Origin: Desulfobacterium sp.
GTDB lineage: Bacteria > Desulfobacterota > Desulfobacteria > Desulfobacterales > Desulfobacteraceae
Direction of reading: 5' to 3'
Length of the DNA stretch: 18,610 nucleotides
Assembly: GCA_045046665.1 (NCBI GenBank)
Contig: JASFYZ010000238.1
Coordinates: 1 to 18,610, forward strand
Of this stretch, positions 8,023 through 15,435 are shown piece after piece; within the stretch, counting starts at the first letter, position 1; each line of letters opens with the position of its first letter. The position numbers and the translations under genes were made by a program. The notes beneath the pieces were generated by a model. That model did not search any database. It was given only the letters and a program-made list of their open reading frames with translations, and was not told the origin of the DNA.

Positions 8023-8580
8023 ATGAAGGACAAAGAAAGGGTTATTTTGGTCAATCATAAAGGCATTGCCCTCAGGGGGCCGGATGGTTCTTTAAGAACC
8101 CAGGAAAAATTTTTAGCCCATAAATGCGGCAATCGTCATCTGGCTGTTTCGGTATTTATTTTCAATTCCCAGGGGGAACTGCTTTTACAACAACGGGCCA
8201 TGGGAAAATATCATTCCTCGGGCCAATGGACCAACACCTGCTGCACCCATCCCCGGCCCGGTGAGCAGCCTCAAAAAACCGCTGAAAGAAGACTTGATGA
8301 AGAGATGGGCATAACCTGCTCCTTGGAACCTGCCTTTACCTTTGGCTATCGTGCAGATGTGGGCAACGGACTCATTGAAGATGAATTTGATCATGTCTTT
8401 ATGGGAAAAAGTGACGTACCCCCCATCCCTAACCCTCGGGAAGCGTGTGGCTGGAAATGGATGTCACTGACCCGATTAGCAAAGGAGATAAGAACGGTTC
8501 CTCATGCCTACAGTCCCTGGCTGCGCATCTGCCTTAACACCGTCGTCAACCACAGAACCCAATGCCTGTCACAAACATAG
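8023..8580 (+). CDS. idi: isopentenyl-diphosphate delta-isomerase, type 1 (Nudix fold, 185 aa)
   Basis: RBS AGGAGG (8011-8016) precedes ATG 8023. Colinear with E. coli Idi: [21 protein letters not shown] vs [30 protein letters not shown] vs WTNSVCGHP (catalytic Cys); IEDEFDHVF vs VENEVCPVF (catalytic and metal Glu); SPW near the C-terminus. Confidence 0.85.
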   Translation: [185 protein letters not shown]

Positions 8581-8640
8581 GTCCCAGGCCGTACCCATCG
8601 CCCGTCGGGGGCGGCATGGTTACATTTTCTATCTTCGTTA

Positions 8641-8658
8641 TGACAGGTTGCCCTGTCA
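8641..8658 (+). other. small hairpin in the idi / PNPOx-like spacer
   Basis: TGACAGG-ttgc-CCTGTCA forms a 7-bp stem with a 4-nt loop. The following TGCGGGTTTATATC is only weakly U-rich, so its function is unclear. Confidence 0.25.
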
Positions 8659-8697
8659 TGCGGGTTTATATCGGTATATTCTTGGGAGGGGGCAGAC

Positions 8698-9171
8698 TTG
8701 CTTGAAAAACATGACTGGATGGTCAACATTGAAAAAATGATCATTTCCCAAAAGGTAATGACCCTTGCCGTTATCTGGCAGGCAGAGGCATGGTCATCCC
8801 CGGTCTATTATCTTTATTGGAGAAAGGCGTTCTATTTTTTTTCCAGCACGGATTCCCGCCATATAAAGGGAAGTCAACAGACGGATGGCAGGGCAGGGGG
8901 TTCCATTTTTGTGAATGCACTTTCCTTTGATGAAATTCAAGGGATTCAAATGCAAGGATGCATTGAACCGGCAAAAAAAGACAGGGAAGGCCTTGCCGCA
9001 GCAGTGGCCTATCTCAAACGATTTGGCATCTACCATGGCAAGGTAAACGCTATGACATTTATTAAAAAGCAGTACCGGGCATCCTTTTATCGGTTTCTTC
9101 CCCATGATCTCATTTATATGGATAATCGGGTGGCCATGGGATTTAAAAAAGAACTGGAGATTTCCCGTTAG
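8698..9171 (+). CDS. YhbP/UPF0306-like protein, pyridoxamine-5'-phosphate-oxidase-like (FMN-binding split-barrel) family (157 aa from TTG 8698; alternative ATG 8719)
   Basis: By-eye alignment to E. coli YhbP: QKVMTLAV..W.SPVYYLY..KAFYFFSSTDSRH vs QHVVTWCV..WCANAFYLF..VAFYILTEEKTRH; IQGIQMQGCI vs IRGVQFKGEI; YMDNRVAMGFKKE vs FTDNTLGFGKKM. GGGAGGGGG lies 5 nt upstream of TTG 8698. Confidence 0.65.
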   Translation: MLEKHDWMVNIEKMIISQKVMTLAVIWQAEAWSSPVYYLYWRKAFYFFSSTDSRHIKGSQQTDGRAGGSIFVNALSFDEIQGIQMQGCIEPAKKDREGLAAAVAYLKRFGIYHGKVNAMTFIKKQYRASFYRFLPHDLIYMDNRVAMGFKKELEISR

Positions 9172-9178
9172 TCAGTGA

Positions 9179-9197
9179 CCTCCGGCAAAGCCGGAGG
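9179..9197. terminator. GC-rich hairpin between convergent genes (possible bidirectional terminator)
   Basis: CCTCCGGC-aaa-GCCGGAGG is a perfect 8-bp stem with a 3-nt loop. It starts 8 nt after the stop at 9169-9171 and lies ~50 nt beyond the minus-strand ORF stop. There is no strong U-tract on either side. Confidence 0.4.
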
Positions 9198-9246
9198 CTT
9201 GCATTGTGAACCGCTCAAAGCGGTCAAAAAACCATGCAAGGCAGAT

Positions 9247-9429
9247 TCATGCCATGACCGGCTCGTCCACCATGAACTCCTTAATTTGCCAGCTGACGCC
9301 CCGACGATTGTTTGCCGTTTGGATATATTCTTCCGCCGCGTCCTTTTCCGTAAAGATCTTATCAAGATGTCCATTTCCACATGCCCCGCATTGCATGGGA
9401 TCAAATCTCATCACAACAAAAACACTCAT
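9247..9429 (-). CDS. small hypothetical protein (60 aa)
   Basis: The minus-strand ORF has AAGGA 8 nt upstream of the second ATG (9429). Codon choice and charge mix look protein-like (MSVFVVMRFDPMQCGACGNGHLDKIFTEKDAAEEYIQ...). The overlapping + strand ORFs are S/R-rich and start inside the hairpin. No family recognised. Confidence 0.4.
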   Translation of the reverse strand: MSVFVVMRFDPMQCGACGNGHLDKIFTEKDAAEEYIQTANNRRGVSWQIKEFMVDEPVMA

Positions 9430-9548
9430 TTCAATCATCCTTTTTATTAATGATTATTCCGACAAAATAATCGATATGCTTGCCACCACAATATAGTGCC
9501 GGATAACAATATCTGGCTTGTTCACAAAATCGGCCACCATCAGCCAAA

Positions 9549-9566
9549 GGGGTCAGGCCTGACCCC
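9549..9566. repeat. perfect 18-bp palindrome, GGGGTCAGGCCTGACCCC (REP-like)
   Basis: Self-complementary over all 18 nt. It sits in a non-coding spacer. A degenerate half-copy, GGGGTCAGGCTTGTGC, occurs at 13184-13199 in another spacer. Confidence 0.5.
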
Positions 9567-9800
9567 ATCATATATTCCTTTTATTGAGCTACCAGTTGTT
9601 TAAATATGATATTACATGTATTATAACACGTAATATTAAAACGGCAATATTTTTTCTTAACAAATTACTCTTCACTCATAAGTTCATGCTCAAATCTTTT
9701 GGGAGACGATGTCGGGGGATTGGGCCATGGGAACCTAAGCCCCAAGAGGATCTCATAGCAAATTAAATTTATCATGAATACGTAAACACAAGGAAACCCC

Positions 9801-11270
9801 ATGTCAGAAAATGCCAATGGCTTTAATATCTTAATGTACTGGCTGTGCAGTTTTGACAATATTCTATGGGAAAAAATCTCCTCCGGTGATTTGGACAAAT
9901 CCCAGTGGGCCATCACCATAACCGACGAAGATGTCAACTTTCTTTATGCCAATGAAGCCTTTTGCCAATTGATTGGCCATCCACGGGACACCCTTCTTTC
10001 CATGAAAGCATTTGATGTGCTCCCCGATGAAACTTTTCATCGTTTTAAAAATCACATCACCAACTTCATTGAAATAAAATCCAAATTCCGTTGCGATGTT
10101 GTCGAACTTGATTATATTCAGGAAAACGGCAGATCTGCCACCGTTGAAGAGATCATCCGGTTGGTGACCCACAACGGAAAACATTATATTTTCAGTCTCA
10201 TCTATCTTCCCGACCAGAGGGACAACAAAGACAACGCTCTGGTGAGTTATCTAAACAGCCTTGAAACAGAATTCATCCGGCTCAAGGATGAAAATATAGT
10301 TCTCAAGCAGGAACTTGTTTTGAAGGACACCTATGGGACAGTAATTGGAAAGAGTAAAAATTTCAGACGGGTTCTTAAGGCGGTGGAACAAGTGGCCCCC
10401 ATGGATACCACCGTGCTGATCCTGGGCGAAACAGGAACAGGAAAAGAACTGCTCGCCCGTTCCATCCACGGGTTAAGCCGTCGAAAGGATCTTCCCCTTA
10501 TAAAGGTCAACTGTGCTGCCCTTCCTGCCGGATTAATGGAAGCGGAACTCTTTGGTCATGTCAAAGGCGCTTTCACAGGTGCCATTCAGAATCGTAAGGG
10601 GCGGTTTGAACTGGCAGACAAGGGAACCCTTTTTCTGGATGAAATCGGCGAACTGCCCATGGAATTCCAGACAAAACTGCTCCGGGTGCTCCAGGAAGGA
10701 GAACTCAACCGGGTGGGAGACGGGAAAAACATCACCGTTGATGTCAGGATCATCGCCGCAACCAATCGTGATCTTGAAAAAGAGGTGAAAAAGGGCCGTT
10801 TCCGGGAAGATCTTTTTTATCGACTCAATGTTTTCCCCATCACAAGTCCCCCATTGAGGAAGCGAAGGGAAGATATCCCCTCCTTGATCCGATATTTTCT
10901 TGAGCATTATAATCGGAAGCTTGGCAAACACGTGGATATCATTCCAAGAGCCACCTTGAATCAACTGCTCTCCTACCACTGGCCGGGAAATATCCGGGAG
11001 CTGGAAAATATTCTGGAGCGGGCCATCATCCTTGCAAAGGACCAGGTGCTTTCCCTGGAAGGTCTCAGTAAAAAAAAGCATGAACCAGTGGTTGAAAAAA
11101 CAAATCCCACCCTTGAAGAGGTCCAACGAAACTACATCCTGAAGATTCTCCATCAAACCGGGTGGCGCGTCAGCGGCGAAAACGGTGCTGCCAATATTCT
11201 GGGGCTGAACCCCAAGACCCTGGAGTCCCGCATGAAAAAACTTTCCATCCATCGTCCCACACATTCCTGA
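9801..11270 (+). CDS. sigma-54-dependent transcriptional activator (PAS sensor + AAA+ + Fis-type HTH, 489 aa)
   Basis: RBS AAGGA precedes ATG 9801. Walker A is [15 protein letters not shown]. The sigma-54 contact loop is [15 protein letters not shown] (GAFTGA motif). Also present: [31 protein letters not shown], and a C-terminal HTH ([21 protein letters not shown]). The N-terminal ~170 aa is PAS-like ([29 protein letters not shown]). Confidence 0.92.
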   Translation: MSENANGFNILMYWLCSFDNILWEKISSGDLDKSQWAITITDEDVNFLYANEAFCQLIGHPRDTLLSMKAFDVLPDETFHRFKNHITNFIEIKSKFRCDVVELDYIQENGRSATVEEIIRLVTHNGKHYIFSLIYLPDQRDNKDNALVSYLNSLETEFIRLKDENIVLKQELVLKDTYGTVIGKSKNFRRVLKAVEQVAPMDTTVLILGETGTGKELLARSIHGLSRRKDLPLIKVNCAALPAGLMEAELFGHVKGAFTGAIQNRKGRFELADKGTLFLDEIGELPMEFQTKLLRVLQEGELNRVGDGKNITVDVRIIAATNRDLEKEVKKGRFREDLFYRLNVFPITSPPLRKRREDIPSLIRYFLEHYNRKLGKHVDIIPRATLNQLLSYHWPGNIRELENILERAIILAKDQVLSLEGLSKKKHEPVVEKTNPTLEEVQRNYILKILHQTGWRVSGENGAANILGLNPKTLESRMKKLSIHRPTHS

Positions 11271-11419
11271 AAAACCATCCCCATATTTAAGCTCTTTCCT
11301 TAAATATAAGGATATACTCTCAAAAATTATTTTCATTTTTTTCCTATTTCACCATTGATGAATATTTTTTTGTTTTATTTTAAGTGAGTTAAATAGGATA
11401 TCGTTTATATTTCCCTCCC

Positions 11420-11436
11420 TGGAACAAAAACTGCAT
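11420..11436 (+). promoter_or_regulatory. candidate sigma-54 promoter, TGGAAC-N5-CTGCAT
   Basis: GG (11421-22) and GC (11433-34) have the exact 10-nt spacing, and both TGG and TGC are present. This is the best -24/-12 match in the window. It sits just downstream of the sigma-54 activator gene and ~285 nt upstream of the aminotransferase start, with an AT-rich tract upstream. Confidence 0.45.
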
Positions 11437-11636
11437 CTCTATCAATACATCAAAAAAGAAAACCGGCATTTACCGGTGTTGTGATCAAACCCAATGGGTC
11501 TGCTGGGTAACGACTGTAGAGTCAACACAAAAATCAGGCTTATGCATACAACAATGTATTACCCCAAATCAGTGACCCTAAAATCAAGTAATGACAAAGC
11601 ACTATCCATCATCCGCAATATTGTACTTTAGTAGTA

Positions 11637-11664
11637 TTGACATATTAAATCAGTCTAATATCAT
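11637..11664 (+). promoter_or_regulatory. candidate sigma-70-type promoter, TTGACA-N16-TATCAT
   Basis: Perfect -35 hexamer (11637-11642), a 16-nt spacer and a -10-like TATCAT (11659-11664), ~58 nt upstream of ATG 11722. Pattern match only. Confidence 0.25.
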
Positions 11665-11721
11665 TCATCGGCAACGGCTTTGATGCGGCAAGTCAGTATC
11701 ACCTTTGCCAAAGGAGACCCC

Positions 11722-13131
11722 ATGACCAACGACAAAAGAGAGCAGGCACTTGAAGCATTAAGTTTCCCGGAAGCCCCTAAACTTGTCACCGACACCATCC
11801 CAGGTCCTAAGGCCGGAAAAATTTTCCAGGAGATGATGGCCCTGGAAACTCCCCAGAGGCCCGCGGCCACCGTATTTCCCCTGGTGGCGGAAGAGGCAAA
11901 AGGGGTAACCATCAAGGATGTGGACGGCAATATTTTTATTGATTTTGGTGCTGGCGTCGGTGTAAAGAGCACCGGTAGCTGCCACCCCAAAGTGGTAAAA
12001 GCCATCCAGGAACAGGCCCCGAAAATGGGCCACATGATTGATGCGTTGACCCCCCTTAAATATGAAGTGGTAAAAATCATGCGGGACACGGCTCCCCATG
12101 ATCTGAAAAACAACTGCTTCATGACCTATTTCCAGAGTGGTACGGGCGGGGCCGAGGCCTGTATAAAACAGAGCAAAATGATCACCGGCAGAAACCAGAT
12201 CGTGGCCTTTGAGGGGGGATACCATGGTGTTTTCGGACATACCAATGCCATGACCGTGGGTGAGACCTATCGCCAGGGATACGGCGCATTGATGCCCTAT
12301 GTGCATCATCTTCCCTATGCATATTGTTATCGCTGCCCCTTTAACATGGAATATCCAAAATGCGGTGTGGAGTGTGCCAAATATGCGGATTACAAGCTCA
12401 ATACCCCTTATACCGGCCTTGATGATGTGGCTGCAGTGATCTGCGAATCCTTCCAGGGAGAGGGCGGTTATATAGTTCCCCCCAAAGAGTGGTGGCCCAT
12501 GATCAAAAAAGCTGCAGAGAAAGCAGGGGCCATGTGCATCGCAGACGAAGTACAATCAGGGTTTGGCCGCAGCGGCAAAATGTGGGCATGCGAACATTAT
12601 GACTTTAACCCCGATATGATCACCTTTGGCAAAGGTGTGGGCAATGATCAGCCCTTTGCCGGCGTCATGACCCACTCCAAATATATTGATAAGCTGACCC
12701 TACAGTCTCAGCCAAACACCTTCTCCGGCAACTCAATCACACTGGCTGCTGTCAAAGCCAATTATGAAATCATGCTGGATCCAGAAATGGATCTCATGGG
12801 TCGCGCCACCGAGCTTGGCGAATACATGCAGTCACGATTTAAAGAAGCCCAGAAAAGCATTGAACAAATTGGGGATATCCGGGGCCAAGGGCTGTGGCAG
12901 GCCATTGAACTGGTGAAAGACCCTGATACCAAGGAACCCACCCGCCCCGAATTCCTGGGAGACCTTTTCCCGGCCCTTTTTGCCAAGGGATTGTTCTCTG
13001 TTCCCTGTGGCCGCCATGCCAATGTATTACGATTTATGCCATCATTAACCATCTCCAAGAAACACCTGGACATATCCCTTGATATCCTTTTTGAGACCCT
13101 TGAAGAGTTAAAGGATAAAATGACGCAATAA
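11722..13131 (+). CDS. class-III (omega-/GABA-type) PLP-dependent aminotransferase (469 aa)
   Basis: RBS AAGGAGA precedes ATG 11722. Family blocks: GAGVGVKSTGSCHPKVV, SGTGGAEACIK, FEGGYHG, DEVQSGFGRSGKMWA, and the PLP-lysine block DMITFGKGVGN. The 14-codon TTG extension from 11680 is not needed. Confidence 0.9.
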   Translation: MTNDKREQALEALSFPEAPKLVTDTIPGPKAGKIFQEMMALETPQRPAATVFPLVAEEAKGVTIKDVDGNIFIDFGAGVGVKSTGSCHPKVVKAIQEQAPKMGHMIDALTPLKYEVVKIMRDTAPHDLKNNCFMTYFQSGTGGAEACIKQSKMITGRNQIVAFEGGYHGVFGHTNAMTVGETYRQGYGALMPYVHHLPYAYCYRCPFNMEYPKCGVECAKYADYKLNTPYTGLDDVAAVICESFQGEGGYIVPPKEWWPMIKKAAEKAGAMCIADEVQSGFGRSGKMWACEHYDFNPDMITFGKGVGNDQPFAGVMTHSKYIDKLTLQSQPNTFSGNSITLAAVKANYEIMLDPEMDLMGRATELGEYMQSRFKEAQKSIEQIGDIRGQGLWQAIELVKDPDTKEPTRPEFLGDLFPALFAKGLFSVPCGRHANVLRFMPSLTISKKHLDISLDILFETLEELKDKMTQ

Positions 13132-13199
13132 TTTAAGGCGCATATTGAAGTTCAGAGTCTTTTGCATATTTCATTGTGCATCGGGGGTCAGGCTTGTGC

Positions 13200-13292
13200 T
13201 AAGTACCCGAACAAATGTTCTTCGTGATCAAATCCAAGTATATCAACGGTATATGCTTATAGAATACTGAAAAACATATGTGTGGGTACTTA
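13200..13292. repeat. 20-bp imperfect inverted repeat with a 53-nt centre, in the aminotransferase / AOR spacer
   Basis: TAAGTACCCGAACAAATGTT (13200-13219) pairs with AACATATGTGTGGGTACTTA (13273-13292): 17 Watson-Crick pairs, 1 G-T pair and 2 mismatches. Confidence 0.45.
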
Positions 13293-13424
13293 TTATGCTG
13301 TTATCAGTGATAAACCCGCTGAAACAAATACCAACAAAAAGCGTAATAATGCAAGCCGGACCACCCTGAAATCCACACAAGCCTATTTCTGAATCAGTTC
13401 AATATTATATAAAGGTGATTTTTT

Positions 13425-15137
13425 ATGGACAAAATTCTAAGAATCAACATGAACAAGAAAAGCGCTCAATTTGAATCAGTGCCGGAACCAATGATCCTGT
13501 TTGGGGGGCGGGGCACCGTGGCAGCCATTCTGTCAAATGAAGTGGACCCCACCTGTGATGCCCTGGGGCCGGACAACAAGTTGATCATCTGTCCTGGAAT
13601 GATGACAGACACCTCAGCCCCCTGTTCAGGGCGCATCTCCATTGGCGGTAAAAGCCCCTTGACCGGCACCATCAAAGAGGCCAATGCCGGTGGTATGGCC
13701 GCCAAAAAACTGGCTGCCCTAAATATTTATGCCATTGTTGTGGAAGGTCTGCCTTCAAAGGATGAAAAATGGTCCCTGTTAATGCTGGATGATTCCGGTG
13801 CGAAACTGGTTTCTGCATCAAAATACATGGGCATGGACAACTATGACCTGGTGGCGCAACTGCGAGTAGATTTCGGCGATGATATCGCCACCATTTCCAT
13901 TGGCCAGGCCGGAGAACGGGGATATCTCAACTCCACGGTACAGATGTCCGATCCCGAGGGCCGCCCGGCCAGAGCCGCAGCAAGGGGCGGACTTGGAGCG
14001 CTCATGGGTTCCAAAGGCCTCAAGGCCGTTGTCATTTCCACGGCTCAAAAGCTTAACGCACCTTATCAGGATAAGGAAGCATTTCGAACAAACAGCAAGG
14101 CCTACAGCAAGGCCATCATGGACAATCCTATTTCAGGCCAGGGATTGCCCGCCCTGGGAACAGCGGTCTTGGTCAACGCCACCAATGCCCAGGGTTGCCT
14201 GCCCACCAACAATTTTCAGAAAGGGCGTTTTGAGCAGGCCGAAGCCATCAGTGGAGAACACATTGCAGCATTGCAGGGGGATCGCAAGGGCAAGATGACC
14301 CACAGATGTTCCCCCGGATGTGTTATCCAATGTTCCGGTGTGTACCATGGGCCTGACGGTAAATATCTCACTTCAGGGTTTGAATATGAGACCATTGGAC
14401 TCATGGGTGCCAACTGCGGCATCGACGATATTGACAGCGTGGCCCTGATGGATAAAATGTGCGATGATCTGGGTATTGACACCATGGAAACAGGGGTCTC
14501 CATTGGGGTATGTATGGAAGCTGGCAAATTAAATTTCGGAGATGCCAAAGGTGCCATTGCCCTGGTTCAGGAGATGAAGGATGACACCGAGTTCGGGAAA
14601 ATTCTCGGCCAGGGAACGCTGGCAGTTGGAACCCACTTAGGTGTAGAACGTATTCCTGTTGTAAAAGGGCAATCTCTGGCTGCCTATGACCCAAGAGGTC
14701 TCAAGGGAACGGGGGTAACCTATGCCACCTCCCCCATGGGCGCCGATCACACTGCGGGGAATTCCCTGGGCGATCCCTCCGTGGACCCGGCGAGAAAAAA
14801 AGGTCAGGTGGCTCTTTCCACCCAACTCCAGGTGGGCATGTGCCTGTTTGACAATCTTGGCATGTGTATTTTTTCAGGGTTCTGCCTTGCCGCTCCTGAA
14901 AATCTCCAGTTGCTGGTAAACATGGTTGCGGCCAAGTTCGGCGGCCAATGGGATGTGGACCGGCTCATGGGCATTTCGGTTCAGACCCTTGCCATGGAAA
15001 AGGCCTTTAACAAAAAGGCGGGGTTCACCGCAAAAGACGATAAACTGCCTGATTTCTTCTATGTGGAAACATTGGATTCTGTGGACACTGTGTTTGATAT
15101 TACCTCAGAAGAGCTGGAACAGGCAATTCCCTTTTAA
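13425..15137 (+). CDS. aor: tungsten/molybdopterin aldehyde:ferredoxin oxidoreductase family protein (570 aa)
   Basis: RBS AAAGGTGA precedes ATG 13425. The N-terminal AOR domain (ILRINMN...FGGRGTVAAIL...GKSPLTG) is colinear with Pyrococcus AOR (ILRVNLT...IGGRGLAAWIL...AKSPLTG). The [4Fe-4S] motif is CSPGCVIQC (CxxCxxxC) with a later Cys in MCLFDNLGMC. Pterin-binding blocks are DDLGIDTMETG and SPMGADHTAGN. Confidence 0.9.
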   Translation: MDKILRINMNKKSAQFESVPEPMILFGGRGTVAAILSNEVDPTCDALGPDNKLIICPGMMTDTSAPCSGRISIGGKSPLTGTIKEANAGGMAAKKLAALNIYAIVVEGLPSKDEKWSLLMLDDSGAKLVSASKYMGMDNYDLVAQLRVDFGDDIATISIGQAGERGYLNSTVQMSDPEGRPARAAARGGLGALMGSKGLKAVVISTAQKLNAPYQDKEAFRTNSKAYSKAIMDNPISGQGLPALGTAVLVNATNAQGCLPTNNFQKGRFEQAEAISGEHIAALQGDRKGKMTHRCSPGCVIQCSGVYHGPDGKYLTSGFEYETIGLMGANCGIDDIDSVALMDKMCDDLGIDTMETGVSIGVCMEAGKLNFGDAKGAIALVQEMKDDTEFGKILGQGTLAVGTHLGVERIPVVKGQSLAAYDPRGLKGTGVTYATSPMGADHTAGNSLGDPSVDPARKKGQVALSTQLQVGMCLFDNLGMCIFSGFCLAAPENLQLLVNMVAAKFGGQWDVDRLMGISVQTLAMEKAFNKKAGFTAKDDKLPDFFYVETLDSVDTVFDITSEELEQAIPF

Positions 15138-15151
15138 TCCAGACCCTATTC

Positions 15152-15196
15152 ACCCGTTTCCAGACACTGATTCATTCGTCGCAAATGGAAACGGGT
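15152..15196 (+). terminator. 11-bp perfect stem hairpin 15 nt after the AOR stop
   Basis: ACCCGTTTCCA (15152-15162) pairs with TGGAAACGGGT (15186-15196) around a 23-nt loop. The trailing AAAGATATCGATTTT is not a canonical U-tract. Confidence 0.4.
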
Positions 15197-15435
15197 AAAG
15201 ATATCGATTTTGGGAGTTTCTGGCTTGCATAGATTGGGATTAATAAGGCCCGACTTGACCCGTCTCCCAAAAATAAACTCCAGAACCGTATCCTCGAGAA
15301 TCGGTTCCATGCCATTGTTGGTGTAAATCTGAAAGCATGGTATAAGCAGTGAATATTTTTCGCAGGGGAATGCCCCAGAAATCACCTTCATACCTTAACC
15401 TTTGTTTTTCAAAAACACTATAAAAAGGAAAAACT

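Noticed and set aside
9175-9496. Plus-strand ORFs 9175..9450 and 9206..9496
   Set aside because: They start inside the terminator hairpin, are S/R/H-rich, and lack an RBS. The minus-strand 60-aa ORF is the better, though still uncertain, reading.
10533-11336. 267-aa antisense ORF opposite the sigma-54 activator
   Set aside because: The sense strand encodes an unambiguous AAA+/GAFTGA protein. The antisense product has no recognisable domain.
11680-11721. TTG-initiated 14-codon extension of the aminotransferase
   Set aside because: A strong AAGGAGA RBS serves ATG 11722, and the extension would contain that RBS.
11758-12555. 265-aa antisense ORF opposite the aminotransferase (also 11661..12122)
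   Set aside because: Same reasoning: it is a shadow of a well-supported PLP enzyme gene.
15211-15230. TGGGAG...TGGCTTGCAT, resembling sigma-54 boxes upstream of the TRAP genes
   Set aside because: The GG-to-GC spacing is wrong: the boxes are off by 3 nt from the obligatory N10.
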